Assembly (NCBI RefSeq): GCF_963853765.1
Contig: NC_088860.1
Location: 22,444,001-22,508,000, forward strand
From: Magallana gigas
Taxonomy: Eukaryota
Length of the DNA stretch: 64,000 nucleotides
Direction of reading: 5' to 3'
Shown here: positions 1 to 12,549 of the stretch, piece after piece
Position numbering within the stretch: position 1 is the stretch's first letter
Layout of the letters: each line of letters starts with the position of its first letter
Made by a program: the position numbers and the translations under genes
Notes under the pieces: generated by a model
Databases searched by the model: none
The model's input: only the letters and a program-made list of their open reading frames with translations
Told to the model about the DNA's origin: nothing

Positions 1-342
1 AATTAGAATCTACACTACCTGAGGATGCTTCCACACAAGTTTCAGCTTTCCTGGTCTTATGGTTCATGAGAAGAAGATTTTAAAAGATTTACTCTGTATA
101 TTCCTATGTAAAACTTTGACCCCCCATTGTGGCCCCACCCTACCCACGGGGGTCATGAATTTCACAAATTAGAATCTACACTACCTGAGGATGCTTCCAC
201 ACAAGTTTCAGCTTTCCTGGTCTTATGGTTCATGAGAAGAAGATTTTTGAAAATTTCTCGAAAATTTTCATAAATTCCTAATTATCTCCCTTTGCAAAAG
301 GGCGTGGTCCTTAATTTTCACAACTTTAAATCCCCTTAGGCT

Positions 343-388
<46 letters not shown>

Positions 389-530
389 TGAGAAGATGTT
401 GAAAATGTGAAAAGTTTACAGACAGACGGACGGACAGACGGACGGACAGACAGACAGACAGACAGACGGACGACAGACAAAATGTGATCAGAATAGCTCA
501 CATGAGCTTTCAGCTCAGGTGAGCTAAAAA
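1..530 (-). mobile_element. Non-autonomous Helentron (HINE-type) carrying Cg170-like 166-bp satellite monomers; truncated by window edge
   Basis: Sequence at 1 recurs at 167 (period 166). (GACG/GACA)n microsatellite at ~420-478. Reverse-complement terminus TTTTTAGCTCACCTGAGCTGAAAGCTC matches the element starting at ~56273. Confidence 0.85.
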
Positions 531-745
531 ACGAGATTGATGATAAAAGAGCAACTGTAAAACTCTAATTTTGACCAAATATTATGTGATTCATATTTGT
601 TTAAGATTGACAATAAAGAACATTTTTTATCTAAGTGAACGTTTGCTGTCTAGGTAAACAACTAATTTTGAATGTATCACACGGCACTTGAATGAAATGA
701 TTCAAAGCGGTTGTACGGTGTGTTATGTATTACTTCATTTAACAG

Positions 746-3144
746 GATGTCTTAACGAAGGCAGCGAGATTCTGAGGTTACAATGCCTGTATGAGAAGGC
801 TGGATACTTTGACATGTCTCGTTCATGCATCTCGTGCGTGTCATTGACCGGATTTGACTACGGAACTCTTCTAAAAAACTGCTTTGTCAAAAAAACTAGA
901 AGCAATCTTCCTGGTCTACTAGTTTTGAGCAAGAGAAAACTCATTGGACCAAGTCTGACATATTTTGATCCTGAAAAAACCGTATTCAACAGAGCTTACA
1001 TTTCTTTCGAGGTACACGTTTTTCGAAAATCAACTTATTTACATTATAAATCACTGACATAAAGGAAAACACACGACTTTTTGATTCATTCTATCGCATG
1101 GTTTGTAAATGTCAAATCAATTTTGATGATGAAGTAGTATTCTCACATTAATATCGACATAAGTAAATACTAGAAATTTCTGTAATGTTTTCAAACTGCT
1201 TAAAATTCCATGTTTTTACTCACGCTTTCGCCGACGTAGGATGAGTCTGTAGGAGACATCAGATGTACTCACCAATCCTCACCGACACTAGCGACGACGG
1301 GGGATGCATACTTTGAAAGTTAGTGCACTGCATTTATCGAGTCCAAGATCATGTCATGGTTTAAAAAATACCACTACAAAAGCCTCAAACAAAACAAAAA
1401 CACACACACAAAATAAAACAAGCACACAAATTCAAATTATAAAATCCTGGTTAAAAAGTAACGGCCAATGATTTTTAAAATGCCCAAATTTCAAAGGGAT
1501 TTTGTTACAGATACAAGTATATGTAATTAATATACGAACAGACCGTGGACTTTCCAAAAATGCATTTTTTTTTTACAATATATCTCCAACGATCTTTCTG
1601 TAATGAGTCTGTGGAACAGCATACATGTACTTCTAGTATCAAGATTCTATAAGTACAAACATGCATTGAGTACAGCTGTTTCACACACGTAAAAAAGGTA
1701 ATTAATGTTGGTCATTTAAGACGGCTGGATAGTCAACAAATTAACCATCTGATCTGTGTACATTTTAAGATATGTTGTGTTAAGCTATTAACTATTATTA
1801 AGCAAAGAAAAAATCGATATGTTTTACATTTTAAATTTGGTTATTCTCCTATATTTATATAAAGATGAAGTCTAAAAATAGAGTCTAAAAATAGTTACGA
1901 TCATCGAACACTTTTAAAATCTTGAGTTTGATGCCTCTCTTGTTTAGGAAAAAAACAATGCATTTCTTTTTCCATTATTACAACCTATCTGCTCTGATTA
2001 CCAAACAATAGAAACAGAAAAGCTTCAAAATATTTTTTTTTCAGAGAATCTTGTGGAAAAATATGGAAGTTGGGAAAAGCAAAATTTGGATGAAACGAAG
2101 AAGCTAGCCAACAGTTTTCCAAACAATGGAGGTCGTGCAATAATCATGGGAGATCTAAACGCAGGGCCTTTTACTCCTATCCAAGGGGACGAGGGATATC
2201 ATATGGGTAAGTTCCTTTTTCGTTTTGAGAATAGTTACGCCCATCTTTCCTTTGTAGTATACAACATTGAAATATTTAACACACACACACACACATATGA
2301 TAACGCATGATACATAAATGAAGGAGCTCATTTATTTTAGTTTATCGCTTTATTACTGCTGGTGATACTAATATAAAAGTCGCATTTATTTTTACAGATT
2401 CATACAAATACTACCTTGATCAGGGATTTCTGCCTTCTTTGGACTCCGAATGCACCTATTGTATAGAAAATCCACTTAGTATAGATGACGTCAATTCTAT
2501 CATCGACCATATTCTTGTTCGACCTCCAGCCAACGAAAACAAGAAATACAGTGCAGAGGTATGATTCGGGCTTCTGAAGCAAAATAGCAAGAGTTTTTAA
2601 GTATCCTTTATATCACATTATTGCAAATTGTCGACATGTTACCTACTTTGTAAATTGCTGATTTACAACATGCTAAGACAATGCACCGCGTGGTTATACC
2701 ATGGATTATGTAGTACAACTTATATCTAAAACATGCTATATAGGACGATGTACCGCGTGATTATACAATTCATTCCGTAGCACAATGCAAATTTACACCA
2801 TGCTAAGACAATGCACCGCATGATTATACCTTGTATTACGTAGTACTAGGTATATTTACATTATGTTTATTAACAATTGCATTTTCACAACATGCTAACA
2901 AACAATGTTTCACGTGGATAAGCCATGCAATACGACTAGTTCAATGCATATTTTCATAATGCTTAAACGATGCGTACGTGGTTATTTAGTGCACATGTTC
3001 AAAATCAAATAGTAAGGCTATGTACATTTAATCGTATGATATGTATCACTTTTTTTTCAGAGAGTGTTTCGAAACTCTATCCCAGGAGAAAAATTTCCGC
3101 CCTCGGACCATTATGGTGTTCAGCTGAATATAGAGGAACAGTAA
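746..3144 (+). CDS. Exonuclease-endonuclease-phosphatase (EEP) domain protein, 3' five exons; 5' exons lie outside the window
   Basis: Exons 746-1011, 1240-1318, 2045-2206, 2398-2558, 3061-3144, all AG/GT and phase-compatible, no internal stops. EEP motifs in order: IRCTH, IIMGDLNAGP, CTYCIENPL..IIDHILV, PPSDHYGV, then TAA at 3142-3144. AATAAA at ~3170. Confidence 0.9.
2660..2940. repeat. Degenerate ~65-bp intronic minisatellite, about 4 units
   Basis: CATGCTA core (mostly followed by ACAATG(C/T)ACCGC..G.TTATAC) at 2669, 2732, 2799 and 2891. Confidence 0.55.
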
Positions 3145-3215
3145 AACGCAGACTTTATTTGCTGTTTAAATAAAATAAACGATAAAATGGTTTTCATCTG
3201 ATATTTTCCTTTTCC

Positions 3216-3358
3216 NNNNNNNNNNNNNNNNNNNNNNNNNNNNNNNNNNNNNNNNNNNNNNNNNNNNNNNNNNNNNNNNNNNNNNNNNNNNNNNNNNNNN
3301 NNNNNNNNNNNNNNNNNNNNNNNNNNNNNNNNNNNNNNNNNNNNNNNNNNNNNNNNNN
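3216..3358. other. Assembly gap (N run)
   Basis: 143 N. Confidence 1.
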
Positions 3359-3599
3359 ATCCAACGCAAATCTAAAATCCAGCAAATTATTACTCATTCC
3401 AATCACGTTTAATAACTTAAGTGTAGGCATACCGTTGTTTTACTCAAGAGAGCTGGATGGTCGCGACTATTTAAGAACATATTAACCCTCTTTAGACTCT
3501 GAAGCAAAGCATATAATCAGTTATTTGAAAATTCAAATTTTAGAGCTAAATTTTTTGGATTTATTATACTAATTTATGGCGCCATAAATCATGTGTTTT

Positions 3600-3880
3600 A
3601 AGTTTGATATGATGGGTAATTATTGACCATAATGAGCGATATCTATTAGTCTATGGTCCACAGTAAATAGTACTACACGTGCTTCGGCTATGGACTCCAT
3701 ATGTGGTTGAAATTCCAAAAAAATCTTTACCGAAGCCATTACGCTAAGATTTTGTACATGGGACAACCACCGCCAAAAATCGATCAGAATTTTGCACGGC
3801 AAGATAAAACGATCAGATAATGGAAGGTTCAGACCAGAATATTATCTAAGCTTAAGATCAGGTTCTTTGAATTATTGAAA
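3600..3880 (+). pseudogene. Decayed coding-like segment, diverged paralogue of 5340-5600
   Basis: Collinear nucleotide similarity, e.g. GATATCTAT..TCTAT.GT..ACAG, CC.CCGCCA..ATCGA, AAGCTTAAGATC.GGTTCTTTGAAT. Both copies contain stops and frameshifts. Confidence 0.4.
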
Positions 3881-3899
3881 TAACACCACTTTTGAAGTA

Positions 3900-4825
3900 A
3901 ACTATTTCAATATTGGTTTGGGATGTATTTCATTAGAAGAATCACTTTATATCCACTATTGAAATAAAACCTCTATTTAAATAAATTATATCAACAGTGG
4001 TTGGAAATGTATTTTATTAGAAGAATTGCTTTGCAACCACTATTTAAATACAACTACTATTGAAATTATTTTTTCAGTCATAGTTAGGAATGAATTTCTT
4101 TATAAATATTACATTGTTTTCACATTTGAAACACATTTAGGAAGAAAAAAGTTATATATTATGTTTGCAAACTATTTTTAAATGCAAGAAACACTTTATC
4201 TAACGAACAATTTCAAAAACACAATTTAGAATTAATGAATGAATTGCATATTATACGGTAATAATAATCGAGACTATGAAATTAATGTACTATGTTAGGA
4301 TTTTTACTGCTGTGCAGAAATGAATAAAAAATTGTCGCAGATTAATTTAGATGTACATATTTTCATATTTTTTCTTTACTGTTCTCTTTCATTAGATATA
4401 TCATGTTTTATGAAAATTGTTAAATTATTAGTTCAAGGGTGAACACCTTGTAATTTGCAAAACGTCGATCAAACTCCCCCTGTATATCAAATATACAATA
4501 AAATATGTTTAATCCAATTAAACAGAAATACTATAGAAATAAATATTATCGTTTACTTTTAATCAGAGTGGAGGATATAAAATTGGGTTTGATCATCCAT
4601 CTTATCGTCTTCCGTCTATTAATTATTTTGTTTGTGTGTAACAATTTCATTGATCATTACAGAAACAAATTATTTTAATAGAAGTTGGGTGTATTGAAAC
4701 AATTTATTTCAACATGTTTGCACTTCAATAGTGGTTGCAAAGTGATTCTCATAATGAAATACATCCCCAACAACTATTGAGATAATTCATTTCAATAGTG
4801 GTTTTATTTCAATAGTGGTTGCAAC
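3900..4825. repeat. Old foldback-like structure: subrepeats at 3900-4090 inverted relative to 4715-4825
   Basis: GGGATGTATTTCATTAGAAGAATCACTTT (~3920) versus the reverse complement of AAAGTGATTCTCATAATGAAATACATCCCC (~4740). Confidence 0.5.
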
Positions 4826-4881
4826 AGGGCTACCAGTGCGCTAGGTTCCGTTCGTCATTGAAAGCAAGTTTTTTTTGTCTT

Positions 4882-5035
4882 GCCTAGATAGCTAGATAGC
4901 CGAGTGGTTAGCGCGATGGCAGCTCATTGCTACGAGAGTGGGTTCCAGAGGTCGTCAGTTCAAGCCCCGGATGGGGGTGAAGGTGGAGCTCCAATACAAT
5001 GAATTTCTCCTGTGCTTTATATATATCTATATCTT
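4882..5035 (+). mobile_element. tRNA-derived SINE with (TA)-rich tail
   Basis: A box TAGCCGAGTGG at 4897-4907 and B box GTTCAAGCC at 4958-4966. Body GGTGGAGCTCCAATA is shared with copies at ~11.5, 11.7 and 16.2 kb. Confidence 0.75.
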
Positions 5036-5339
5036 TCATAATGTGCAGGTATTTGTGCTTAATTTGCAATGCGATTTGAACCTAAGAGTTTCTGCATTCA
5101 TTTGACATCTTTCTGATTAGAAACTAAGTATTTGAATAAGACAGTATGGCGTTTTTGTTTTACAAATCTACAATTTAAAGATTTGCATAGATTTAAGATA
5201 TCACCAACCAGTTCGATACTGATCAAGAGATTTGAGATATCATTGTGTTTTTATTCGGTCAACAGTAAGTTGGACTTGCGGCAAAGCTGTTGCTTCTGCA
5301 TGATAGTGTCCCAGTGATCCTTCATGATTGTCTATTCCT

Positions 5340-5600
5340 TTTATAATACGTGATATCTATCATTCTATAGTTTACAGAAAATACTACGACACGTGAATGG
5401 GCGGTGGACGCCCTATATGATTAACATTCTAAATAATCTTCAACGAAACCTTGACTTTGCGATTTCGTAAAAACAAAAAGGCTTACAGCCGCCGCCAGCC
5501 ATCGAACGGAGACTGCATGGCAAGGTAAATACGTTCAGTTTAAAGAAGATCTAGACCAAACTATTGCCGAAGCTTAAGATCGGGTTCTTTGAATAACTCT
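5340..5600 (+). pseudogene. Decayed coding-like segment, diverged paralogue of 3600-3880
   Basis: Stop-interrupted frame ...TENTTTREWAVDALYD*...AWQGKYVQFKEDLDQTIAEA*DRVL*, whose C-terminal part aligns by eye with the 3.7-kb copy. Confidence 0.4.
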
Positions 5601-6288
5601 GAGGTTTCTTTCGGACTCTATCGAAACCATGCATTCATATAATTATAATTGTCAATAAGCAATAACCCCCACCTCCCTAAAAAGCGTTCTCTGTGTTTAC
5701 TGGTTGAATGATGGATAACACATATATCATAAAACAAATGTAAAAAATCAAACAATTGAAAAACCAAATACATAACTACTGTGAAAAGTACAGATAGATG
5801 TTTTCCTTTGTTGTTGTACATATTCGGAACACTTCCGGTCCTTGTATTTATCATTAGTTTTAAAACAATTCAATATAGACCCAATCTCCATACTATGTTT
5901 TAAGTATTCTCAAAAGGAAGTGGAAATAGTCCTTATTTCCATTCTTAAGAGAAAATTTAAGAAAAGTATACCGTATATCGACTAACAAGACAAAAAGGTT
6001 TGTTTATCATAAATTTAATAAATTCAGCAAATAAAACACGAAGAAAAAATCAAATATAAAATTGAAAGACCATTCCAGTAAAACACAATTTTGGGCAATT
6101 ATTGGAAATAATTGGATAAGACAATTATGATAATCAGTGGAAAACCCACATCCTTAATCCGATATTATTTACAAGCACATGCAAATTTTTCCAATTATAA
6201 AAATTCGTCCACTGCATGATAATTTCTCTACTTGTTCATTAGCGGGACGAATAGATAAAATTCATTGAAAACAATAGACTTCATTTAA

Positions 6289-6780
6289 AGGGACCTAGAC
6301 AGGGTTTGAGTTCTTATTTAATTTTTTTTTTTTACTTTTTATGAGTTAAATTGTTTTCTTGTGCATTTTGAATGAATAACCGAAATTTGAATGTAAGACG
6401 TCAAGTTACAAGCAAAGTACAGATATAAGATAATTAATTAAAGAATCCCTTTCTTTGACAAAATGACTCCTGGTAAACAAGATAAACTAATCCAATGTGT
6501 TTATGAATAATGTATTCAAGGAAAGAAAGCAACTGTTACATTTGAATGTAACTTATATTTACCAATTAAGCACACATGTAAACATCAACAAAACGCGGGC
6601 GTTGTTTAAAAGTTTAAGAATAACGAAGAATTTTTTACTTTGTATTTTGCTTTGTAACTCGATAATTAACGTTTAATATTTGATAAGGCATAAAACAATT
6701 CTTTTTAACTTTTCTAGATATTAAAAATGAAAAAAAAACAAATTTCGAAAATTTTGAGCTCAAATCGTGTCTAGGTCCTT
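6289..6780. mobile_element. MITE with TTAA target duplication (Kolobok-type termini)
   Basis: TTAA|AGGGACCTAGACAGGGTTTGAGTTC ... GAGCTCAAATCGTGTCTAGGTCCTT|TTAA. Confidence 0.85.
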
Positions 6781-7437
6781 TTAAATTTACTTTCATAAGT
6801 ACTTATTAGTGATTATTAAACCATTTAGTTCATACATAAAAGAGAGAAGTTTTTTACGTACTGAATAACCACTATATGTGCAAAAAATATTATGATATAT
6901 ACATGTGTGTGTTCTATGAGGGGAAAAAGTATTTGAGAACATTGAATACTATCATAGAAATGAAATCTATAAAATATAAAAAAAAATATAGAGAAAAAGA
7001 CAAAAGATGGTTCTTTCACAAACCCGATTGATGTTTATAACGATACTGCTATGTTATGAATTTTGAATTTAGCGGACGGCAGCTGTAAATATAATATTTA
7101 ATTTACAACATGACAGTACTAGTAATACAGCATGTTCCCAGTATGAAAAGGAGTAAAACTTTGCAAAACTTGTTACTTTTTTTTTCAGAGTATGGCTTCC
7201 CTTGACCAACTAACTTGGTCTTACTATAGCCAAAAACTTTTTATAAGATCATCTGCTAAGAACAATGCAATTTTAATAATGTGAAAAAATGTATAGAGGT
7301 AAAAAAAAATAATCAACAGCCCAATCTAAAAATTTATTAGACGTGACCAAAAAAAGGAAAGGCGTATGAAAACACAGTTTCGGGGAGAACCCCCTCCCCA
7401 ATGAACAATAATGATCCAAAAGTAATGTGCGATTTGT

Positions 7438-8913
7438 CTACAACAAATGCCTAACTGCTAATATCTCAACTTCACAGAAATGAATGAGACAGGCGGCATT
7501 ATTATTTATCTGAAAATGGACAAACCGTCCTACAATACATTGCTGACATTCAATTTCCTGTGATAGATTTTGGTTCCCTGTATTGCAGAATATCATCTCG
7601 CTTGTGTTTTTGGTCAAACCAATTCTGACGTCATAGAACGCACATGCATTTACATGGCAACCTGAAAATAAAACAAGAGCAATTCAGAACGAAAACGAAA
7701 CATATAATAGCAACATTATGTTTTTCAGTGACTTTATTACGTATGTGCATTGTAATGTGCTAAAAGAACAAGTTGTACTTTGTGAGGTTTTCTTTCAACG
7801 CGATTTTTAAAATCAAAGGATATAAGCAAAAGAGCCAACAACTTAATGGGGCATGGTCACGATTTTTTTTTAGATAACAAATAATTGTAAGCTCTGTATT
7901 ATGCTTATATCTCTACGTCTGACACTAAAATATTGGTTGATCATTAGATATGCATCTCTTAAACATTGTGAACAATAAAATAAAAAAATTATGTTTTGAC
8001 CAAAATTTTGAGCATGCATTCATTAAGACCAATTTGATGCATAAAAATGATCATTATTTATTACCTATCAAATGTTTTAACTTTAAAACTTATAAAGTTT
8101 ATAAATAAGACATGAAGCACAAACTCTTTGATACGAAAGTTTAGGAATTAAATTATCAGCTTTGAGTTTCATACCATGAGACTACATATAATAAAAACTT
8201 TCTGGTAATATTTTCTTTATAAACGCACCGATGTACCATTTATAATAAGATTGCAAGATTAATTCTTAATTTCAATTTGAATTGGAATGCATGCATGAAT
8301 TCAATGCATGCATTTGAACTCAAGACAGTGAAACTCTTTGTACCTACAATTATAGAAAAAGACTTTCAATTTTCTGATTTGGTAAGCTTGACCAAGATCA
8401 ATCAGGATCCAAGGTTTTATTTCTAGATGTGTTGCTCCGCAAACTCCGAATGCACTCCCCAAATTACCATCGACAATGTATGTTACATTATGATTAACAT
8501 AATTTCCATTGTAGACAGAAGAAGAGTAAACAGTTTTGCCTAAATCAACGTTCTCAGGGGCAACTGAAAGCAAAAAGATGTTAAATATTAACAAGGACTT
8601 AACTAGTATTTCGTGGTTGATGATTCGATCTCAAGCTGTAATGTTATTTTGTCCCAGACTTATATTCTCAACAAAGAAGAACAAAAGAGAGAGAAAGAAA
8701 GAGAGATAAAGAAAAGTTGTATACTTATTAATAGATCACTGTTGGTGAAAGCCTACCTATTTCAGATGAGGATCTTATGCATCTCCTCTCACCCGTATGC
8801 AAAGTTACGCATTCAACATTCTGAACACTGCACTTTTTCATTGGAATAAAGATAATATGAAATTAATAAAATTTTACATGATAAAGTGTAAATTCCAATG
8901 TTACGAAATTTCG

Positions 8914-8968
<55 letters not shown>

Positions 8969-9187
8969 ACTGTAAATTCCTTATTTTACGCGATTACTTA
9001 ATTCGACGATTCAAAGGTTTTCCATCAAATCGCGAGAACCTAAAATCTCGAATGTCTAAATATTATCATAGTTCCATGGTGTTTACATATGTCCGAAAAT
9101 AAATAGCGAGTTTTTAAAATTTGCGAGACGGGCCTCTCGCGATTTTACGCGAATATTAATTCCTCGCGTTTAATTAGGAATTTACAA

Positions 9188-9230
<43 letters not shown>

Positions 9231-9640
9231 TAATGTTTCATATATTTTATCGATTTAAATACGGAATATAAAAGAATCAATGTCAATCTCAATTTTAATT
9301 TTTTCTCTTTCTTAAAGCTTACATTTCCTGCGTAGTGTTCGGTGTTAATATGGTGATAATCAAATTCCTCCGCAGATCGTAAAATAGATGGGTGAACACC
9401 ATCGTCCACAAAATTCAGCTCGCACGCCAAAGACTTGGAATTATAGTTCACTGACCGACATCCAGAGTTTTGGAGACATTTGTCTATGCACATGCGTATA
9501 CCACAATATGGAACAATCTTGAAGGTAGCATTTAGTCGTTTGCCTTCTTCTATCTTCAAAATATACTCGAATTGGTTCGAAAGAATTAGAACTGGATAAA
9601 TTGTTATGATAAATCCGCAACATAGATTCATTTTCCACAT
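7438..9640 (-). CDS. Secreted PAN/Apple + F-type-lectin-fold (FTP/F5-8C-like) protein, copy A, 277 aa, intact
   Basis: Exons 9640-9323, 8832-8757, 8563-8348, 7661-7438 (834 nt, phases 0/1/1, GT-AG). Hydrophobic N-terminus; PAN motif CxxxCxxxxxCxSVNY..CELN; lectin-fold motifs VDGN, PWILIDLG, VGRFVHF, FCEVEI. Confidence 0.88.
8968..9189. mobile_element. Small MITE inserted in a (CTAT)n microsatellite
   Basis: TACTGTAAATTCCTTATTTTACGCGA ... TCGCGTTTAATTAGGAATTTACAATA, with (CTAT)n on both sides (~8916-8967 and ~9189-9227). Confidence 0.7.
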
Positions 9641-11101
9641 TTGTTGATGAATGGTGCATGTATATATTCCACCGGTATGCTAATGTTGAAACTACAGTAC
9701 TTTAAGCAATCGGAATAACTAACAGATTGTGATCTACAACCACGGAAAAGATACCGGGTATTTCATATCAATAACTAGATATTAGCATAATTGATTTTTA
9801 GATAAAAAAAAAAAGCATTGATAGAGACTAAGTGCTACTTTATACCATATGATTTCGAATTTCAGATTTGTGATTCCTTTCTAACACTTTTGCTAAATTA
9901 TTAATCACGTGCATCTCTCCGATAGAACTTTCGTCCGGATTTCATATTAAAGAGCATAATAAATGAACGTTTCAAAGAGCGTTAGTTTGTTATCCTAGAA
10001 TCAAAGCATTATTATATCTAGCTGTGACGAGACTCTTTCTTTGTCATGTTTTGTCTGTGTTGATTTGTTGGGGTTTTTTTGGAGGGAGGGTGTAATATAT
10101 TTTTTTTTTAAATCTTGTTATTGGAATTATATATCCATATGATGTCCAGTTGTAAAACACGAAATTTAATGTTTAACGGTGGGTTTTTTTAAAATCATAA
10201 TAATAAAGCTGCATATTGCATCACTTAGTTTTGAAAATTAATTTAAATAATTATTTACATTTACAAAGCTATATTGCTTCACATAATTCCGACTCTTGTG
10301 TAGTGAGGTAATAATAAATTCAACTATATTATCATTACACTTTAATGTATTAACGAGTCAAAACTTTTATTAAACATTTTCCATAAGTGTATTATATCAT
10401 TTTAATTAAAGCATATAGAATTTATTTTTAAACAAAATGACATTTTGAGGTTCTCTGATCATTCACTCTTACTGAAACCAGATCGCGAAAAGAAGATTCC
10501 GTACTTTTTTGGGTGATACAATTATCTTAATAATCGGCATATACAAGAATATACAAAACTAAAATGTAATGTATGATTGTAATTTGAACTTTCTTTAACC
10601 ATACTTTTTAAAAATTTTCCTTGATAATTTTAGTTCTATACCACATCGCATCTCACACTAAAGCGAATTACTACGCCAACGCCACGCTTACAAAAACGAC
10701 GTCAAAATGTCAACAAATAAACACATTTGTAATTCTGATAAAACACTTCAATTGTTTGCAATAAGTTTGCTTCGATTGAATTTGAATGATCGCAAGATTT
10801 CAAATATCCTAGATATTTACTTTTTTATGTGTCTGGCAACAGGTTTTGGTCTTTTATTACTTCACATAATTTTTATGAATATTTTACATATCCGGTACTA
10901 GACACTAAAATGCATTATCTATCTGAATAACAAAAGTAAGAGTTCACACATGATTTGCAGGCGATTATTTTAAAAAGATTTTTAGAAAAGATTGGACACG
11001 ACTTCCATATCATGTAAATTCGTGGGTCAGAGTAACCTAAGAAATAAATTAATATTGCTCGCCCATTAACAATGAAGATCCAAAAGTGTTTCGCGGTGGA
11101 T

Positions 11102-11399
11102 CTACAACATATGCTTTACCGCAAATATCTCAACTTCACAGAAATGAATGTGACAATTGATAGTATTATTTAACTGGAAGTGGACAAATTGGACCACAAT
11201 GCATTGTTGACATTCAACTATCTTGGATACATATTGGTTGTCTGTATTGCAGACAGTCATTTCGCTTGTGTTTGTGGTCAAACCAATTCTGATGTCATAG
11301 AACGCACATGTAGTATTTTCCACGTGATCTGAATACAGAAGAAGGGCAATTCAGTACGAAACTCATTACATGTGTATATCACTTGCTGTTTTTGACTTG

Positions 11400-11474
<75 letters not shown>

Positions 11475-11973
11475 CAGGGAAATTTACTATATTGGAGCTC
11501 CACCTCCGCCCCGGCCTGGGCTTAAACTCACAACCTCTGTAACCCAATCTCCTAGCAGTGAGCGGCCACCGCACTAACCATTCGGCCATCTTGGCATAGA
11601 TGGCAAACCTAAATGGTCGAATGATTAGCGCGGTCACAGCTCATGGCTAGGAAAGTGGGTTCCAGCAGAGGTCGTAAATTCAAGCCCCGGCCAGGGGTGG
11701 AGGTTGAGCTCCAATACTGTTGCCTACAAAATTCAGCTCGCACGCCAAAGACTTTGAATTATAGTTCACTGACCGACATCCAGAGTTTTGGAGACATTTG
11801 TCTATGCACATGCGTATCCCACAGTATTGAACAATCTTAAATGTCACATTTAGTCTTTTGCCTTCCTCTCTCTTCAAAATATACTTGAATTGGTTCGATA
11901 GAATTAGAAATGGATAAATTGATAAGATTATTCCGTAATTCCATAAATCCATTTTTAGGATTTGTTGATCCAT
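11102..11973 (-). pseudogene. PAN/F-lectin copy B, internally deleted
   Basis: Exon 1 (from 11973) stops after ...CELNFVGNS at ~11716 and is fused to a SINE. The 76-nt exon and lectin exon 3 are absent. The last exon 11328-11102 is intact. Confidence 0.85.
11403..11717. mobile_element. Head-to-head pair of tRNA-derived SINEs with (TA)n tail
   Basis: (TA)n at 11403-11468. Minus-strand SINE ~11470-11595 (GATGGCCGAATGGTTAG head). Plus-strand SINE ~11606-11717. Confidence 0.75.
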
Positions 11974-12549
11974 GGTACAGGTACATATTTCAACGACATA
12001 ATGATGTTGAAACTACAGTGTTGTAAGGTATGGGAAGGACTAATATGCTACAACCTACTGCTACAAAAAGAAATTTTCTATTAAATAATCATATTTCATC
12101 ACAATTGATTTTAAGATCGATGAAAGCAATGATAAAGACCAATCGCTAATTATTGCCATTATTTTGAATTTCAGATTTGTAATTCCTTTGACAATGGCTA
12201 ATAATTAATCACACGGTATGTCTCCTATAGAACTTCCATCTGGATTTTTTGTTAAAGAGCAAAAAAATGAAAGATCTATTAAAAGTGTGTTTCTTTGATA
12301 TCCTCGAATCAAAATATACTGTATCTATATCTAATAAGGTTCTTTCTTTGGTATATTTTGTCTGTGTTGATTTTTTAGAGGAAGGGTGTAATATGTTGGG
12401 TGTATTTAAATCTTGTTATTTGAATTGAATATCCATATGATGTCCAGTTGTAAATAACGAAATTGAATGTAAAAAAAGGTGAATTGTATTATTATGATAC
12501 AGCTGCGTATTGCTTCACTTAGTTTTGAAAATTATTTTGAATAATTATT

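Noticed and set aside
5618-5854. Minus-strand ORF with a hydrophobic stretch as a signal-anchored first exon
   Set aside because: Weak donor and no phase-compatible downstream exon found; hydrophobicity is explained by T-richness.
7190-7290. Acceptor-like TTTTCAG followed by ATG on the plus strand
   Set aside because: The ORF is only ~30 codons with no donor or partner exons in frame.
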